Positions 19,687-30,712 of a stretch of 64,000 bases of DNA are shown here, one piece after another; the first letter of the stretch is position 1, and every line of letters begins with the position of its first letter. Source of the stretch: a virus (Duplodnaviria; Caudoviricetes); the IMG/VR virus record IMGVR_UViG_3300037067_012889, positions 160,001 to 224,000 of that record; one strand, written 5' to 3'. The translations under genes and the position numbers were made by a program. The notes beneath the pieces were generated by a model. That model saw only the letters and a program-made list of their open reading frames with translations. It ran no database searches and was not told the origin of the DNA.

Positions 19687-22600
19687 TTAAGCTATGATTG
19701 GAAATAATATTATCCCAATATCTACGTCTTCTATAGCAGATTTCACAACCGTCTCAAGTTGAGATATACGTTTAAAGAAAACGACGCCACTATCTGGCAC
19801 GCCGACAAAATGTAATCCGTCTAGTGTCGGCCAAGCAAAGCATGGGTCTTTATATTTATCTGTACAAGCTTGTATGCCATCTATATGTTGGTGTATTATG
19901 ATATAATCTTGCCCAGCTGCATCTATTACAACACCAATGTTTTGCGTCAGATGCAGATTCTCCATCAATTTAACCTGTGCGTAACTAATAGCACACGTAT
20001 CTTCAAAAGACAGTACATCTGACTCATCACGCACAAAAGATTCTTTTGTTGTAAATCTAACGCTTATTTTACCGGAGCCATCTAATAAAACAGGCGATAC
20101 GAGTCTTGCACCTACTTGACCACCTTGGTGGTTTATTTCTATCGTTAAACCGCGATAATTCGATCTCGCAACATCACTATCTGTAAAAGCACCTAGGTTT
20201 GGAAATCTCTTAGTCGTCTTACCATTAACATCCTGGTATTCTATTTCGACATGTCCTGTATATTGTTCACCAGATCTAAAGCAACAATCTGTTATATCGA
20301 CGACATATTCACCTTTAGATAGTTCTGACGTTGAGCCTTTGAAAAATCCTGCGTTATTTTCATCGACATCCAACGTCAATTCAACGCTATCGTCTTGTAA
20401 TAAGTTCTCAACAGCTCTGGCCTTAAATTTTACCTCAATACCAGCTATTACCCATATGCCATCTAAAGACCAGTTGTCACACTTCGCTGTCGCTATGACA
20501 GATCCGAAATTGGCTACATCACCGACACAATCACTAGAATTCCATCCTAAAATGGTACATCGATAACCATTGCCACCGATCGAGTCTGTAGATTGTCCTG
20601 GTTCTATGCTAACCGGTTCAAGCTGCTCTATAATTATCTGTGCACTATGGCCATTCTCAATATTAAAACCACCAGAATATGTATTATGTGCGACACGGCA
20701 CATAATTAGATCATCTATGGCGAAAGGACTATCAATTGTAATCTTGATAGCATCGGGAACAGTCCATGCATTACAACGGCTTGTGTACCATGTGGAAATT
20801 GATCCATCGCCAATTACAAAATCTCGTGAAAGTATACTACCTGTACCATTTGGTAGTTCGCGACAAAATCTTCTATCAGTTCTAGATGATCGTGGGCCAA
20901 CAGCACCGCAACTCGATGAGTATGGCTGTTGGAGCGATCGTGGGTGTTCTACACGTATCTGCAGCCACCATATTTCAGCCGGACCTTGTGCTGCGATTAT
21001 CTTATTATCTGATTGGATTAATGTATTAGACCAACCATCGCCAGCACCCTGTATAAATTTAACATTTTGCGTCGTTACTTCTATATCTAGACTCGACGAT
21101 ACGCCAGAATCATTTATTATACATATATTGTAAATGCCATTGAACAGCTTATCATAAAACTTGTTGCCGTCTGATTGTAAAGCACTAGCATAATCGCCAC
21201 CAAAACCGTCAGTATAACAGATTTTAAGTTTTGCGTCTGATTCAATCTTTATTACAACCGATTCTTTACTGCTAAATGCAGATAACGCCTCTGATAATGA
21301 TATTTGTGAATTTGGATCTGATACTATTTGCTGCTTCACAAGAGACTCAAATCTCGCATCTCCAGGTACTATGAGTTCAGCTGGTATACTTGATTCCAAA
21401 ACCCAACTAGATGAATTTGATGCAATCTTTAACTTATCGTAAACAACAAATGACATTCTAGCCAGATTTTGAGCACCATCGGTCCTGGCTATGAATTGAA
21501 CAGTTTTGCAACTTCGCAATTCTATCGCTTGTTGTGATATTGGATTTGCAACAGGACTACAAGGTTGATCAACTTCATAATAATATGGGTCGGTTTCTGT
21601 TGTATCGTCAGTACCAGCATAAACGATCCAAAGGCCATTCGGTATGCCAGTAAATACAATTTCACCTTGATTTGTTGTGGATGTACCAGCATAAGCACTA
21701 CACAACGTATATCCTGTTGAATAATAGCGAACAGAAATCCATGTAGCATTTATTGCTTCTGGACTACCAACAACAGTGACGACCAGCACATTTGTACCAG
21801 ATGAGCACGTCACTATTTGTTGTATCGGCGTCGTAGTCACACCAGTTGTAACTGTCGATTGGAGCTGTGCTATCTGTAACGTAGTGGGCTGAACTAGTGA
21901 AAAACTTTCAGGTGCAAATAAGCACCCACTCTTTTCTAGAAAGACATTATATTGTTCTAGACTTGACAGATTCTTAAAATAGATATCGCCATCGGCATTA
22001 GTTTGTCCATATGCAAGGGTTGTACCACTAGTCGACTTAACATATACAGTAACAGATTTACATAATGAAAGCGGCGTACCTGTTACAGTTACTCTTAATT
22101 CTGAACTCGTAGTTGGATTGTTCGATCGATATGCATTTACAGCCAATTTCCGTGCCAATGAAATTCCAGGCGGCAAATAGAGATTTACACCCGGTGTAGT
22201 CTTTCCATATATTGAACCTTGATAGATATTGGCCGATCCGCTACCAGTCTCTGGCACATCTAAAGCCACACTGTAATCGGCTGGTACTTCACGAGTTGGC
22301 ACTGCTGAGACAGATGCAGTAAGAACTGCGTCGCGTTTAACATATCTGGGGATAAAACCGGGCGGACATTCATCATACTTTAATGCAGTTCCATCTGATG
22401 ATAGAACGATACCTGGGATACAAGCACTTCCACCTACCGGATCTTGATTGTTTGGAAGATTATGTATATTACTTGCGCCAAAACCAGTCCCACAAGCGGA
22501 ACCCATTACTGTCGTATTGACAACAGATTTACCACTTTGCCGTGGGTTGCCATCAATAACTATACTTTGTGCTGTAGTATTAATTGCTTCATTGGTTACT

Positions 22601-23721
22601 GTTGTAAGATTGCCCGTTGTAGGATCTGTAAACTGATATGATGTCGAAGAACCACCTTTTACAGTAACAGCTTGCGCAGCTTGTATACGCTGTTGTTCTA
22701 TGTATTGTCTCGTTTCTGCGTTTCGAGTTTGAGACTCACAATATTCGAGTGCACAACATAGAGCTGCTTTCTGTTCATCAAACAAACCAGCCATTATCGA
22801 CAGCCAAAATTGAACAATATTCTCACAATCGCTCTTAATAGCGGCCACTTCACGATTAAATTCGGTTTCTATAGCGCTTAGTATTCCAGATATGTCAATA
22901 TAATAAACTTGCTGCGAATTACTATAGCATATATCTGGAAGCCACGTTATAATAGCGTTCGACGCGGTGATTGGCAACGCAATGAGCCAGTTGCTATTTA
23001 TAGTCGATGTCAACCTCAACTGCGTCGGACAGGCATCTGGGTTACCAATTATTGATCTTGTTACTACTAGATAATTTTCGGTTTCACTAATTTCTTCTGT
23101 TGTTATCGATGTAACAGCACGAGTTTCACTAGAGCTAATTCTTTCTAGCGATGCCGATTCTGGTTGTATCGTCAAGTCAAATGATGCATTGGCACCTGCG
23201 TCACCAGCTGGACCATCGGGGCCAAATGCCAAATTATCTTGTCCAGCTGGACCAGTTTCACCTTTATCACCTTGAGCGCCCTGTGCTGAACGTACAACGA
23301 ATTTGCCACTATCAATCATGTACTGAAAGAAAGCACTCGTGTCGATAGTGAAATCAAAGGAATAAGTATTTTGATGGACTTGCCTGGAAATGTTTAATGC
23401 TGTGCTAAGCTGTGCATGCGTATCTATCTGTACATATTCATCACCCGCTATTAAGGCTATAGTACCGCCAGTAAAAGAATATGCATAATCGGCCACGCTA
23501 ATCGTAGCTTGCGGTGGCGGAACAATAAGGCCATTTAATTTGTTAAAATCGTCAGACGACATCAATCCTGGTGATGATATCGTCGCCAATGATACTGTGC
23601 CACCTTCCTGCTTATGCCAGACATTCAAAGTGCCATCGTAGACATAGCTTAAACCATCTTCGACTACAACTGTGTCGCCCGTCTTCGGATTTTTCGGAAA
23701 AGACATATTATTGTGGCTCAC
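19687..23721 (-). CDS. large fibre-like virion protein with collagen-like and Ig-like segments (1344 aa)
   Basis: FPKNPKTGD N-terminal motif, GLMSSDDFNKLNGL, Gly-X-Y run, T/S-rich beta repeats. Confidence 0.7.
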   Translation of the reverse strand: MSHNNMSFPKNPKTGDTVVVEDGLSYVYDGTLNVWHKQEGGTVSLATISSPGLMSSDDFNKLNGLIVPPPQATISVADYAYSFTGGTIALIAGDEYVQIDTHAQLSTALNISRQVHQNTYSFDFTIDTSAFFQYMIDSGKFVVRSAQGAQGDKGETGPAGQDNLAFGPDGPAGDAGANASFDLTIQPESASLERISSSETRAVTSITTEEISETENYLVVTRSIIGNPDACPTQLRLTSTINSNWLIALPITASNAIITWLPDICYSNSQQVYYIDISGILSAIETEFNREVAAIKSDCENIVQFWLSIMAGLFDEQKAALCCALEYCESQTRNAETRQYIEQQRIQAAQAVTVKGGSSTSYQFTDPTTGNLTTVTNEAINTTAQSIVIDGNPRQSGKSVVNTTVMGSACGTGFGASNIHNLPNNQDPVGGSACIPGIVLSSDGTALKYDECPPGFIPRYVKRDAVLTASVSAVPTREVPADYSVALDVPETGSGSANIYQGSIYGKTTPGVNLYLPPGISLARKLAVNAYRSNNPTTSSELRVTVTGTPLSLCKSVTVYVKSTSGTTLAYGQTNADGDIYFKNLSSLEQYNVFLEKSGCLFAPESFSLVQPTTLQIAQLQSTVTTGVTTTPIQQIVTCSSGTNVLVVTVVGSPEAINATWISVRYYSTGYTLCSAYAGTSTTNQGEIVFTGIPNGLWIVYAGTDDTTETDPYYYEVDQPCSPVANPISQQAIELRSCKTVQFIARTDGAQNLARMSFVVYDKLKIASNSSSWVLESSIPAELIVPGDARFESLVKQQIVSDPNSQISLSEALSAFSSKESVVIKIESDAKLKICYTDGFGGDYASALQSDGNKFYDKLFNGIYNICIINDSGVSSSLDIEVTTQNVKFIQGAGDGWSNTLIQSDNKIIAAQGPAEIWWLQIRVEHPRSLQQPYSSSCGAVGPRSSRTDRRFCRELPNGTGSILSRDFVIGDGSISTWYTSRCNAWTVPDAIKITIDSPFAIDDLIMCRVAHNTYSGGFNIENGHSAQIIIEQLEPVSIEPGQSTDSIGGNGYRCTILGWNSSDCVGDVANFGSVIATAKCDNWSLDGIWVIAGIEVKFKARAVENLLQDDSVELTLDVDENNAGFFKGSTSELSKGEYVVDITDCCFRSGEQYTGHVEIEYQDVNGKTTKRFPNLGAFTDSDVARSNYRGLTIEINHQGGQVGARLVSPVLLDGSGKISVRFTTKESFVRDESDVLSFEDTCAISYAQVKLMENLHLTQNIGVVIDAAGQDYIIIHQHIDGIQACTDKYKDPCFAWPTLDGLHFVGVPDSGVVFFKRISQLETVVKSAIEDVDIGIILFPIIA

Positions 23722-24232
23722 TTTGACCGAGAAGTACTGGCGGTATATGTCTCCAAATTCTCACACGGACGCTACCGACTGAATTACAAGGCGATGTCAA
23801 TCTTAATCTGTGTGGGACAGTAAATTCCATATAAAAACAATGCTTTAGATTGGCCATGTCAATAAATTTAAATGCTTCTGCATTCGAAGCCTCAATTTCT
23901 ATTGGATAACTGACAACAGTCCACTGGTGGCCAACATTGCTCTTCCATTCAATTTTCATCCCGCGTTTACCGCCGACAACAAAAACAGCGGGGTCTCCGT
24001 TCAACAACAAAAAGGCACCACTTATATATTTAACTATATATCCGCCTGGCGGCAATAATAGCGATGTCAAACCAGATATATTCCTATTATATATATCAAC
24101 AGACTTTGGGGTATTAGATGGATTGCAGGGTATGTCTATTGCACCAAAATCAATTGAAGAAGAATCAATATACTCCGGCCCAAACATACTAACCGCTATA
24201 GACATTGATTCACCGATTAAGGACTGCCGCAA
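23708..24232 (-). CDS. hypothetical virion-associated protein
   Basis: Lies between two fibre genes; LPPGGYIVK..IEW resembles the C-terminal LSKGEYVV..IEY segment of the 1344-aa protein. Confidence 0.55.
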   Translation of the reverse strand: MRQSLIGESMSIAVSMFGPEYIDSSSIDFGAIDIPCNPSNTPKSVDIYNRNISGLTSLLLPPGGYIVKYISGAFLLLNGDPAVFVVGGKRGMKIEWKSNVGHQWTVVSYPIEIEASNAEAFKFIDMANLKHCFYMEFTVPHRLRLTSPCNSVGSVRVRIWRHIPPVLLGQSEPQ

Positions 24233-27200
24233 TCAGAACATGGGATTGTGGTGCTAGCTACTGTTTCGCACATCGTACTTCTATAACTACTCCACCAAGT
24301 CTCATCTCCGACATGGAATGTAGTATCGTTATCCTTATTTAAGAAATATGTCGTTACTGTGTTCATGGCCTGTAGCCATCTACCATTATACCCCATCTCG
24401 ACAACCAATGGGTGTTTATACCCATATGCTGTGAAACCCGATGGAGGGACTACACATTGCAAAGCAAGAACGGCACTATTAACTTCATCGGACATCAAAA
24501 ATCCAACATCAGTCTCTGCTGTATCGACCGAGTCGGCAACTCTTGGGCCTATCCATCTGCCTAGTGTTGTATCGTAATATGAGAGAGACGACGTCTGATC
24601 CACCTCTACACCATGAGTAGTATTGTTATGCTCAGCGACTGCTTTATTTATCCAATATGTCAGAGATGGTTTCATAGATTGAGTAGTATCAAGCAGAACA
24701 GCTACCAAATCAGGGCACAGTGCTCCATTGTTAGTCATTTCATTATAAAAGTCCATTATATCTGTCGCAGTCACTCTCTTAACACCAAAACCATTCCAAG
24801 GTAATACTTTATGAGTTATAGTACCTCTGCTGTCTTTTGGGAAGCTACCATCTTCAACAGATGTATCGATATTAGTTCCCCACGACGTATCTGGTAGTAT
24901 GTCTCTCTCGTCCTGTTTAAATTCGTGTGTCTTATCAATAATCCAACCATTAGTCTTCGAACCATCTGCTAGCGTATACTGATCTGGTCCACGATCAGTT
25001 TGCTCTGGATAGCTTGGCGATCCAGGATTCGCTAATTGCAATATCCCCACAGTGACATATTGGCTGTTACATAATGAGCTAATCCAAGTATTCCATTGTA
25101 TCTTATCATATGTATAATTCGCGTACCCAGTATTATAGCCAGAGCCTTCATAACTTACATAGCCATCATTTGTTGTTATACTTGGATCGCAGTTAGATTC
25201 ATCTGTTATTACTAGAATCATCATTTGATATGCTGCGGTCGGAATATATGTTGGTTTTGGCATCCAGTAGTACAATAATTGCTCAACAACGCCAACCGCG
25301 CGTCCAAGCCATCTTTCAGCGGCATCGATTGTCGATCTAACATATAGAGTTGGGAACAATATTGATTGCTTAGCTGGCGATACGTACTGCCAACCCCATA
25401 AATAAATATTGCTTGCAACTTGCGTGATATATCCACTTATCGGAGGTGGTACAGCAAGTTCACCAGCCTTATTAGAACCAACATCCACTACATCAGTTCG
25501 AATGATCAGGCTAGTGTAAGTTTTTTGTAACAATGACACGCCAGCTGAAATAATACCATCAACCTTATCTGGGTCGCCAAGCGATCCCGAAGTGTCGACG
25601 ACTATATAAAGTATTGTTGCGGCATAATCGTTATCATTTGTTATGGCCTTAAATGCCGCCATCATATCATCGGCTGTAAACGACGGCGTATTAGTTTGAA
25701 CGATGGTGATTCTATTTCTGTCTGTATCTCCTGGCCATGCCGAAGTACTTGGTTTTAAAGATCCTCCTAACGGCGACGCACCAGCATAGCCCTGTGGTTG
25801 TAATATGCCTAAACGAACCTTATTGTCGCTACCATTGAGTGCAGCAAGAGAATCCTTCCATTTTGCTAAATCAAAATCCCAAGCTGTCATTCCGGAAGGA
25901 ATACCAATTGGTCCACTGACACCATCGGGGCCTTTATATCCATCATAACTATAAATCGGGCTCGCCTCGTCAGTTATACACATGATAACTACGTGGTCAG
26001 TACCTGGGACAGTCGTCGTAGGACACTGATAACATAGATATCTGCTAGCCGTAGTCGTAGAATCTCTCAACCATCGATCGTCTTGGTCATGGTCAGGCGA
26101 TGATGAACTAATAGTTGAAACAAAGCATACATCTGGGTATGCTATTTGAAGCTCAGCAACAGCATCATTTAATGCACTCTGCTCCGACAATATGTCAGAC
26201 GAGTCGATGCTCATCGCTTTCGATTTGAATAATATGTTGATTTGGTTCGGGATAAACTCTCCACCACACAGCCTTATTGGATCAGAATCGTTGTCATATG
26301 TCACATTTGATAGCATCTTCTCAACAAATGTGACAATATCGGCAGATGTTATTTTAGGGCTTTGTTCTGGTAACAGATGATAAAATGTTTCCGTCCTCAT
26401 AGAATCATACGGTAACGTACAATCCGCACATTTCATATCGCGTTCGTCACCATAATATGCATCGCCGATTTTAGGTATCTGTAACAAGCCGAGGGCAACG
26501 ATCTGGTTCGCAGTCAAATTACCAATAAATTTTTCCCACTCAGCTTTATCGTTATTATAATAGTTAACAATAGTCAAATCGACATCTGGAATGCCAGTCA
26601 CATACACCGGATTGGCTTCATCTGTAATAATGACCAACATCATTCGATATGGCAGCAAGCATTTTGCTGGATTTGTCGGATCGAACGACGCAAGAGATGA
26701 ATATTTCGACCGAGAAAGCATAGTAGTGTCAGACGAAATATCAGTAGATGTTGTCGATGTTGCAGTAGTCGTCACACCAGTTGCACCCACTGGTGCTGGT
26801 GTTGGTGTCGAACCTGAATCTACTATCGGAATATTCACCTCTATTTTTAAGACTACCGCTGTATCTGCAGTATGCGTCGTTGGAGACGTATAATCTACGC
26901 CTCTTGTCACAGTCCAAACTGTGGTACCATAACCGGCTGTCACGAGCATATGTTCGGTACCAACAATAATAGTATATGGGCCTGTCGTTGGAAAATTGGT
27001 TGCTGAATCGATTGTTATTGTTGTATTTGCTATTGTTATATCGGCCGATAAAAGAGTATTGGCCACACCTTGCGAACAATCAGATGGCGCAATCCCTAAA
27101 CAGAACTCTATTGGCCTTTTGAATTCACATTGGGCAACCTGCTGAGCAATCGATGATAATACCTCACGTGCAGCTGCATCTTTCGTTTCGATGAATGACT

Positions 27201-28374
27201 TCATCTGAGCAAGCCACGTATCTTGGAAAGAGACAAGTTTTGACTTATAAGCATTAACAACAACTGTAATAAAATCAGACAGTTTTGTCAATTCTATTGA
27301 TGTAGTATCGCCCACTTCTAAATCTGCTGGCATCTTTACCAATAATATGTCTGCTGTATCCGCATTTGATAATGGATCTCCACTAGGAATCGACAGGCTC
27401 CAATCATCGAGTGTAACATAATCATTACCATTCTCGGCGACCGTAGGATATATAAGTGCTCGCTGTGTTGGTTGTGCATATATCTGATCTGCAGGAGCAG
27501 TATTAGATGGGACATTCATCTTCGCAGTAGTATAAGACATCTGTCCAGCAGAGCCATTCATCTGCAAAGAAACAACTGCGGTATCAACAATATTAGTCGA
27601 GTCAACTACCTTGATACCACTGAAAGTATAGGCTGTAGTGGCGTCGGCTCCAGTATCACCTTTTTCGCCAGCCGGACCGTCATTAAAACCATCTGTACCG
27701 GCCGGACCAGTAGCACCAGTCTCGCCCTTCTTACCTGTAGGCCCAACAACTTCCAGACACAGCGCATCGATAAAATTCGTGCTAAGAGAAAACTTTATGC
27801 CAGCCAAATTCACGCCAGTGGGATCATCTGGTAGAGGCTGGCCAAGATAAGGATATCCATTACTATCAATGCATTCGATCAGCAAACTATCACTGTGTAA
27901 CTTGATATCGCCGCTGACTAGACCAACACGATTGCTTTGCGATCTAATTATTGCATTTTGATCAGTGACGATTCCAAACGCACCAGCTACAATAGGGATA
28001 GAATCTAAAAATCGCTTATTTTGCGAACTCAGTAAGCCTGTCGTATTGACATCGGCTATAGGATAACTTGTGGAGGTACCAATACTAACCCAAACACTCA
28101 GATCGGACGACCAGCGCCATCTAACTAAATTACTATCTGTCCATATTTGGCCGTCTGCCGGATACTGCGGAAGTTGCACAGGAGTGGCATTGTTCTGTAA
28201 TGTGTTGGTATTTATCGTCCCAACATCATTCCATTTTGGTCCGGTGGCACCGGTAGCACCGGTGGCACCAGTAGACCATTGCCAGCTGACGAGATTTCCA
28301 TCGACCCAAACCTGGCCAAGAGTTGGGCTAGATGGTGCTGGATTTTTTGCTACTGGATTTGTGTGTGTAGACAT
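24217..28374 (-). CDS. large fibre-like protein with collagen segments and three vWA-like repeats (1385 aa)
   Basis: TGATGATGATG, GLLSSQNKRFLDSI, Gly-X-Y run, three ITDE motifs, VVDTSGS and LLDTTQS. Confidence 0.7.
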   Translation of the reverse strand: MSTHTNPVAKNPAPSSPTLGQVWVDGNLVSWQWSTGATGATGATGPKWNDVGTINTNTLQNNATPVQLPQYPADGQIWTDSNLVRWRWSSDLSVWVSIGTSTSYPIADVNTTGLLSSQNKRFLDSIPIVAGAFGIVTDQNAIIRSQSNRVGLVSGDIKLHSDSLLIECIDSNGYPYLGQPLPDDPTGVNLAGIKFSLSTNFIDALCLEVVGPTGKKGETGATGPAGTDGFNDGPAGEKGDTGADATTAYTFSGIKVVDSTNIVDTAVVSLQMNGSAGQMSYTTAKMNVPSNTAPADQIYAQPTQRALIYPTVAENGNDYVTLDDWSLSIPSGDPLSNADTADILLVKMPADLEVGDTTSIELTKLSDFITVVVNAYKSKLVSFQDTWLAQMKSFIETKDAAAREVLSSIAQQVAQCEFKRPIEFCLGIAPSDCSQGVANTLLSADITIANTTITIDSATNFPTTGPYTIIVGTEHMLVTAGYGTTVWTVTRGVDYTSPTTHTADTAVVLKIEVNIPIVDSGSTPTPAPVGATGVTTTATSTTSTDISSDTTMLSRSKYSSLASFDPTNPAKCLLPYRMMLVIITDEANPVYVTGIPDVDLTIVNYYNNDKAEWEKFIGNLTANQIVALGLLQIPKIGDAYYGDERDMKCADCTLPYDSMRTETFYHLLPEQSPKITSADIVTFVEKMLSNVTYDNDSDPIRLCGGEFIPNQINILFKSKAMSIDSSDILSEQSALNDAVAELQIAYPDVCFVSTISSSSPDHDQDDRWLRDSTTTASRYLCYQCPTTTVPGTDHVVIMCITDEASPIYSYDGYKGPDGVSGPIGIPSGMTAWDFDLAKWKDSLAALNGSDNKVRLGILQPQGYAGASPLGGSLKPSTSAWPGDTDRNRITIVQTNTPSFTADDMMAAFKAITNDNDYAATILYIVVDTSGSLGDPDKVDGIISAGVSLLQKTYTSLIIRTDVVDVGSNKAGELAVPPPISGYITQVASNIYLWGWQYVSPAKQSILFPTLYVRSTIDAAERWLGRAVGVVEQLLYYWMPKPTYIPTAAYQMMILVITDESNCDPSITTNDGYVSYEGSGYNTGYANYTYDKIQWNTWISSLCNSQYVTVGILQLANPGSPSYPEQTDRGPDQYTLADGSKTNGWIIDKTHEFKQDERDILPDTSWGTNIDTSVEDGSFPKDSRGTITHKVLPWNGFGVKRVTATDIMDFYNEMTNNGALCPDLVAVLLDTTQSMKPSLTYWINKAVAEHNNTTHGVEVDQTSSLSYYDTTLGRWIGPRVADSVDTAETDVGFLMSDEVNSAVLALQCVVPPSGFTAYGYKHPLVVEMGYNGRWLQAMNTVTTYFLNKDNDTTFHVGDETWWSSYRSTMCETVASTTIPCSDCGSP

Positions 28375-28424
28375 AGGGTGACCTTTTCCTTATATTTCAC
28401 CCAATATCTACAGTATCGTGATAA

Positions 28425-28589
28425 TCACAACTGCCGACGCACAAATCCTATACACACCAGCCAAATTATGGCTGCTATGATGATGGATTGTATATTATTA
28501 AAGCGATATCTTATCAGCTCAGCAATACCAATATACGCAAAGACCAGTAGCAATGCTGAAGCAATCATGGTCGCCCTGGTATACCGCAT
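28425..28589 (-). CDS. small 2-TM membrane protein (54 aa)
   Basis: Hand-translated as MRYTRATMIASALLLVFAYIGIAELIRYRFNNIQSIIIAAIIWLVCIGFVRRQL; starts 1 nt after the upstream stop. Confidence 0.45.
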   Translation of the reverse strand: MRYTRATMIASALLLVFAYIGIAELIRYRFNNIQSIIIAAIIWLVCIGFVRRQL

Positions 28590-28590
28590 A

Positions 28591-29034
28591 TCATTCGGCA
28601 TCGAGCTTATTCAGTTGATGTGCAAATGCCATGATGGCACTGTTCGGACTGCCATGCTCTAAGATATGATCGCCAAGAGCAATGCAAAAATCAACATCGA
28701 GCAATATTGGTACATAATCGGCCATCACCAAAAATGCGCCGAACTGAAATGGATTCTTAGATGGCTTTGATGATCCATTCGAATGAGTATGATCTTGAGT
28801 AGCTTCCATTTTAGAGGGGGCTCTGCTTGTTCGCATTGAAGCTTGTTCCGAAGATGTCTTACCATATGGAATTGCTGTGCTCATATCCAATTCCTCTATT
28901 ACCTCTTGGTTCTCGGAGCAGGTCTTTTCATCTAATTCCTCTGCTCCTTGGTTTTTAGAACAGGTCTTTTCATGATTGGTAAGTCCTGATCTACTTTTAG
29001 CCGTCTTACCACAAAACTTGCAAACTAATTCCAT
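28591..29034 (-). CDS. protein with an N-terminal C2H2-like Zn finger and a short tandem duplication
   Basis: CKFCGK..GLTNHEKTC; EKTCS(K/E)NQ..EELD occurs twice. Confidence 0.7.
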   Translation of the reverse strand: MELVCKFCGKTAKSRSGLTNHEKTCSKNQGAEELDEKTCSENQEVIEELDMSTAIPYGKTSSEQASMRTSRAPSKMEATQDHTHSNGSSKPSKNPFQFGAFLVMADYVPILLDVDFCIALGDHILEHGSPNSAIMAFAHQLNKLDAE

Positions 29035-29106
29035 TATCGACTTTCTAAAATAAGGTGATACCTACAATAATAACTCACATAGAGTTAAGCGTGCAAAAAT
29101 ATCTAT

Positions 29107-29361
29107 ATGGAATCATTCTTCGAAGAATTAGAAGTTGTAAAAGCCGGTAATACACTATACCAAAACTGGTTGGATTATGCTTTATCATTTACGAAAGAAG
29201 ACATACGAGAAATTATTGAAAATGGTTTAACATACCAAGCAGACAGCTTACGATCTATGATACGTGAATTAATCGCTGGACAACCTGTACCGAAGACATT
29301 GCATCGTAAGTTAGACATAATTCTAGTCGCATCTAGGCGACAAGCAAATCAGTTAAGATAA
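29107..29361 (+). CDS. hypothetical protein (84 aa)
   Basis: ATG-started ORF. Confidence 0.55.
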   Translation: MESFFEELEVVKAGNTLYQNWLDYALSFTKEDIREIIENGLTYQADSLRSMIRELIAGQPVPKTLHRKLDIILVASRRQANQLR

Positions 29362-29423
29362 CGGTTAAATACGTACTACATTTGACTGTCTTGACAATTT
29401 GCAAATTTAGCATCACGTTGATT

Positions 29424-30119
29424 TCATCGGTTTATGGCATTTCGTACAAAATACATCAGATGAGCATACTGCTGTGGTATCTTCTTGCGTTCTCTTGCCT
29501 TCCATTCTAATGCAGATGCTTTTTTATGTGCATCATTATAATTGTGACCATTATCTAATATTTCAGCTCGTTCGAAAAATTCATGCAAAGCTACGAATGG
29601 TAGTTCGCTCTTATGTATCGCAATATCTAACCAGATCTCATCAGTAGGAACCCAATCGTATGCGCCATGATTTCCGCCCAAACAGAAATCTACCTTATAT
29701 TGATCCCTGACTGCTTCGGCATTTATTAAATAGAAACGTACACCAGATATTATTCCAAGATCGAGCTGATAAATTTCTTGATCTGGCTTACCATATGGGC
29801 CGTGCTTCGACGGTAGTGCCTTTGATCGTTCTGCTTTTTCTGCCCGTATACCAGTTTTATAATCATCGTGAAGCATCCCAACAACCAAACCATAAATAAC
29901 ATATGGTAGTTCGTCACGAGATATGCTATCTTCTATCCATCCTTCATTTTCTGGTATTTGGCTTATAAGCTGGTGACTAGCCGATTCGTTAAATTCTTCA
30001 AAATCTGGGCTTATTGAGCGTATTTGTTCGCCGTTCACAAGATAGATAGAAATATTACCAAAACGTTTAAGCGGTTGCTTTGTAATTCTAGTGTCTTCTG
30101 ATAACAATCTTAATTTCAT
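29424..30119 (-). CDS. two-domain metallopeptidase-like protein with MKLRLLSE N-terminus
   Basis: Internal duplication; the second copy has LHEFFER..AH..E. Confidence 0.55.
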   Translation of the reverse strand: MKLRLLSEDTRITKQPLKRFGNISIYLVNGEQIRSISPDFEEFNESASHQLISQIPENEGWIEDSISRDELPYVIYGLVVGMLHDDYKTGIRAEKAERSKALPSKHGPYGKPDQEIYQLDLGIISGVRFYLINAEAVRDQYKVDFCLGGNHGAYDWVPTDEIWLDIAIHKSELPFVALHEFFERAEILDNGHNYNDAHKKASALEWKARERKKIPQQYAHLMYFVRNAINR

Positions 30120-30128
30120 AATATATAT

Positions 30129-30428
30129 TTATATCAAGAACATGCTGTAATCGTTATAATCATCATATGTATCAGCTACAGCATCCATATTACGTAATCT
30201 GTTCCTTTGCACTTCTGCTATTCTATCTGCGATTTCTTCAGGTGTAGGATTTACAGCAACATTACCATGTAGACATTTACGAAGTTCTATTCCTTGCGAC
30301 ACTATTATTTTCTTAATCACATTTCGAGAGCAATCAAATCTACGCCCTATTTCGCTCAATGTAAGACCATTTTGATATGCTTCCGCAATAATAGGCCATA
30401 CTTCTTCTGGTATTTTGTTCGAGACCAT
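30129..30428 (-). CDS. HTH DNA-binding protein
   Basis: YQNGLTLSEIGRRFDCSRNVIKK. Confidence 0.7.
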   Translation of the reverse strand: MVSNKIPEEVWPIIAEAYQNGLTLSEIGRRFDCSRNVIKKIIVSQGIELRKCLHGNVAVNPTPEEIADRIAEVQRNRLRNMDAVADTYDDYNDYSMFLI

Positions 30429-30434
30429 GATTAA

Positions 30435-30647
30435 CTAGGAAACTAATCCGTTTGGATGATAAACTTCCGCCACCCTTGCTATACCATCTGGATATATCAT
30501 TTCTGCAATTGCTTCAGCAATTTCATAACGCATTTGCTTGTCCTCAGCTTGATTCATAGCTTCGAACAATTCTACAAGAGTATGAATTTTCTTGCGTTTA
30601 CGTAAAACATTGCGTGTTATTTTTTTGCGTATTCTATCTGAAGTCAT
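30435..30647 (-). CDS. hypothetical protein (70 aa)
   Basis: GAGG RBS; tightly packed. Confidence 0.55.
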   Translation of the reverse strand: MTSDRIRKKITRNVLRKRKKIHTLVELFEAMNQAEDKQMRYEIAEAIAEMIYPDGIARVAEVYHPNGLVS

Positions 30648-30712
30648 GTTGATTCCTCAATTAAATACCAATGTAGATTTTGTATTTAATGATTAACGAA
30701 AAGGAGCCTATT

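Noticed and set aside
17023-28381. Many plus-strand ORFs of 60-190 aa inside the large structural genes
   Set aside because: They are antisense shadows of long minus-strand genes with no motifs or RBS support.
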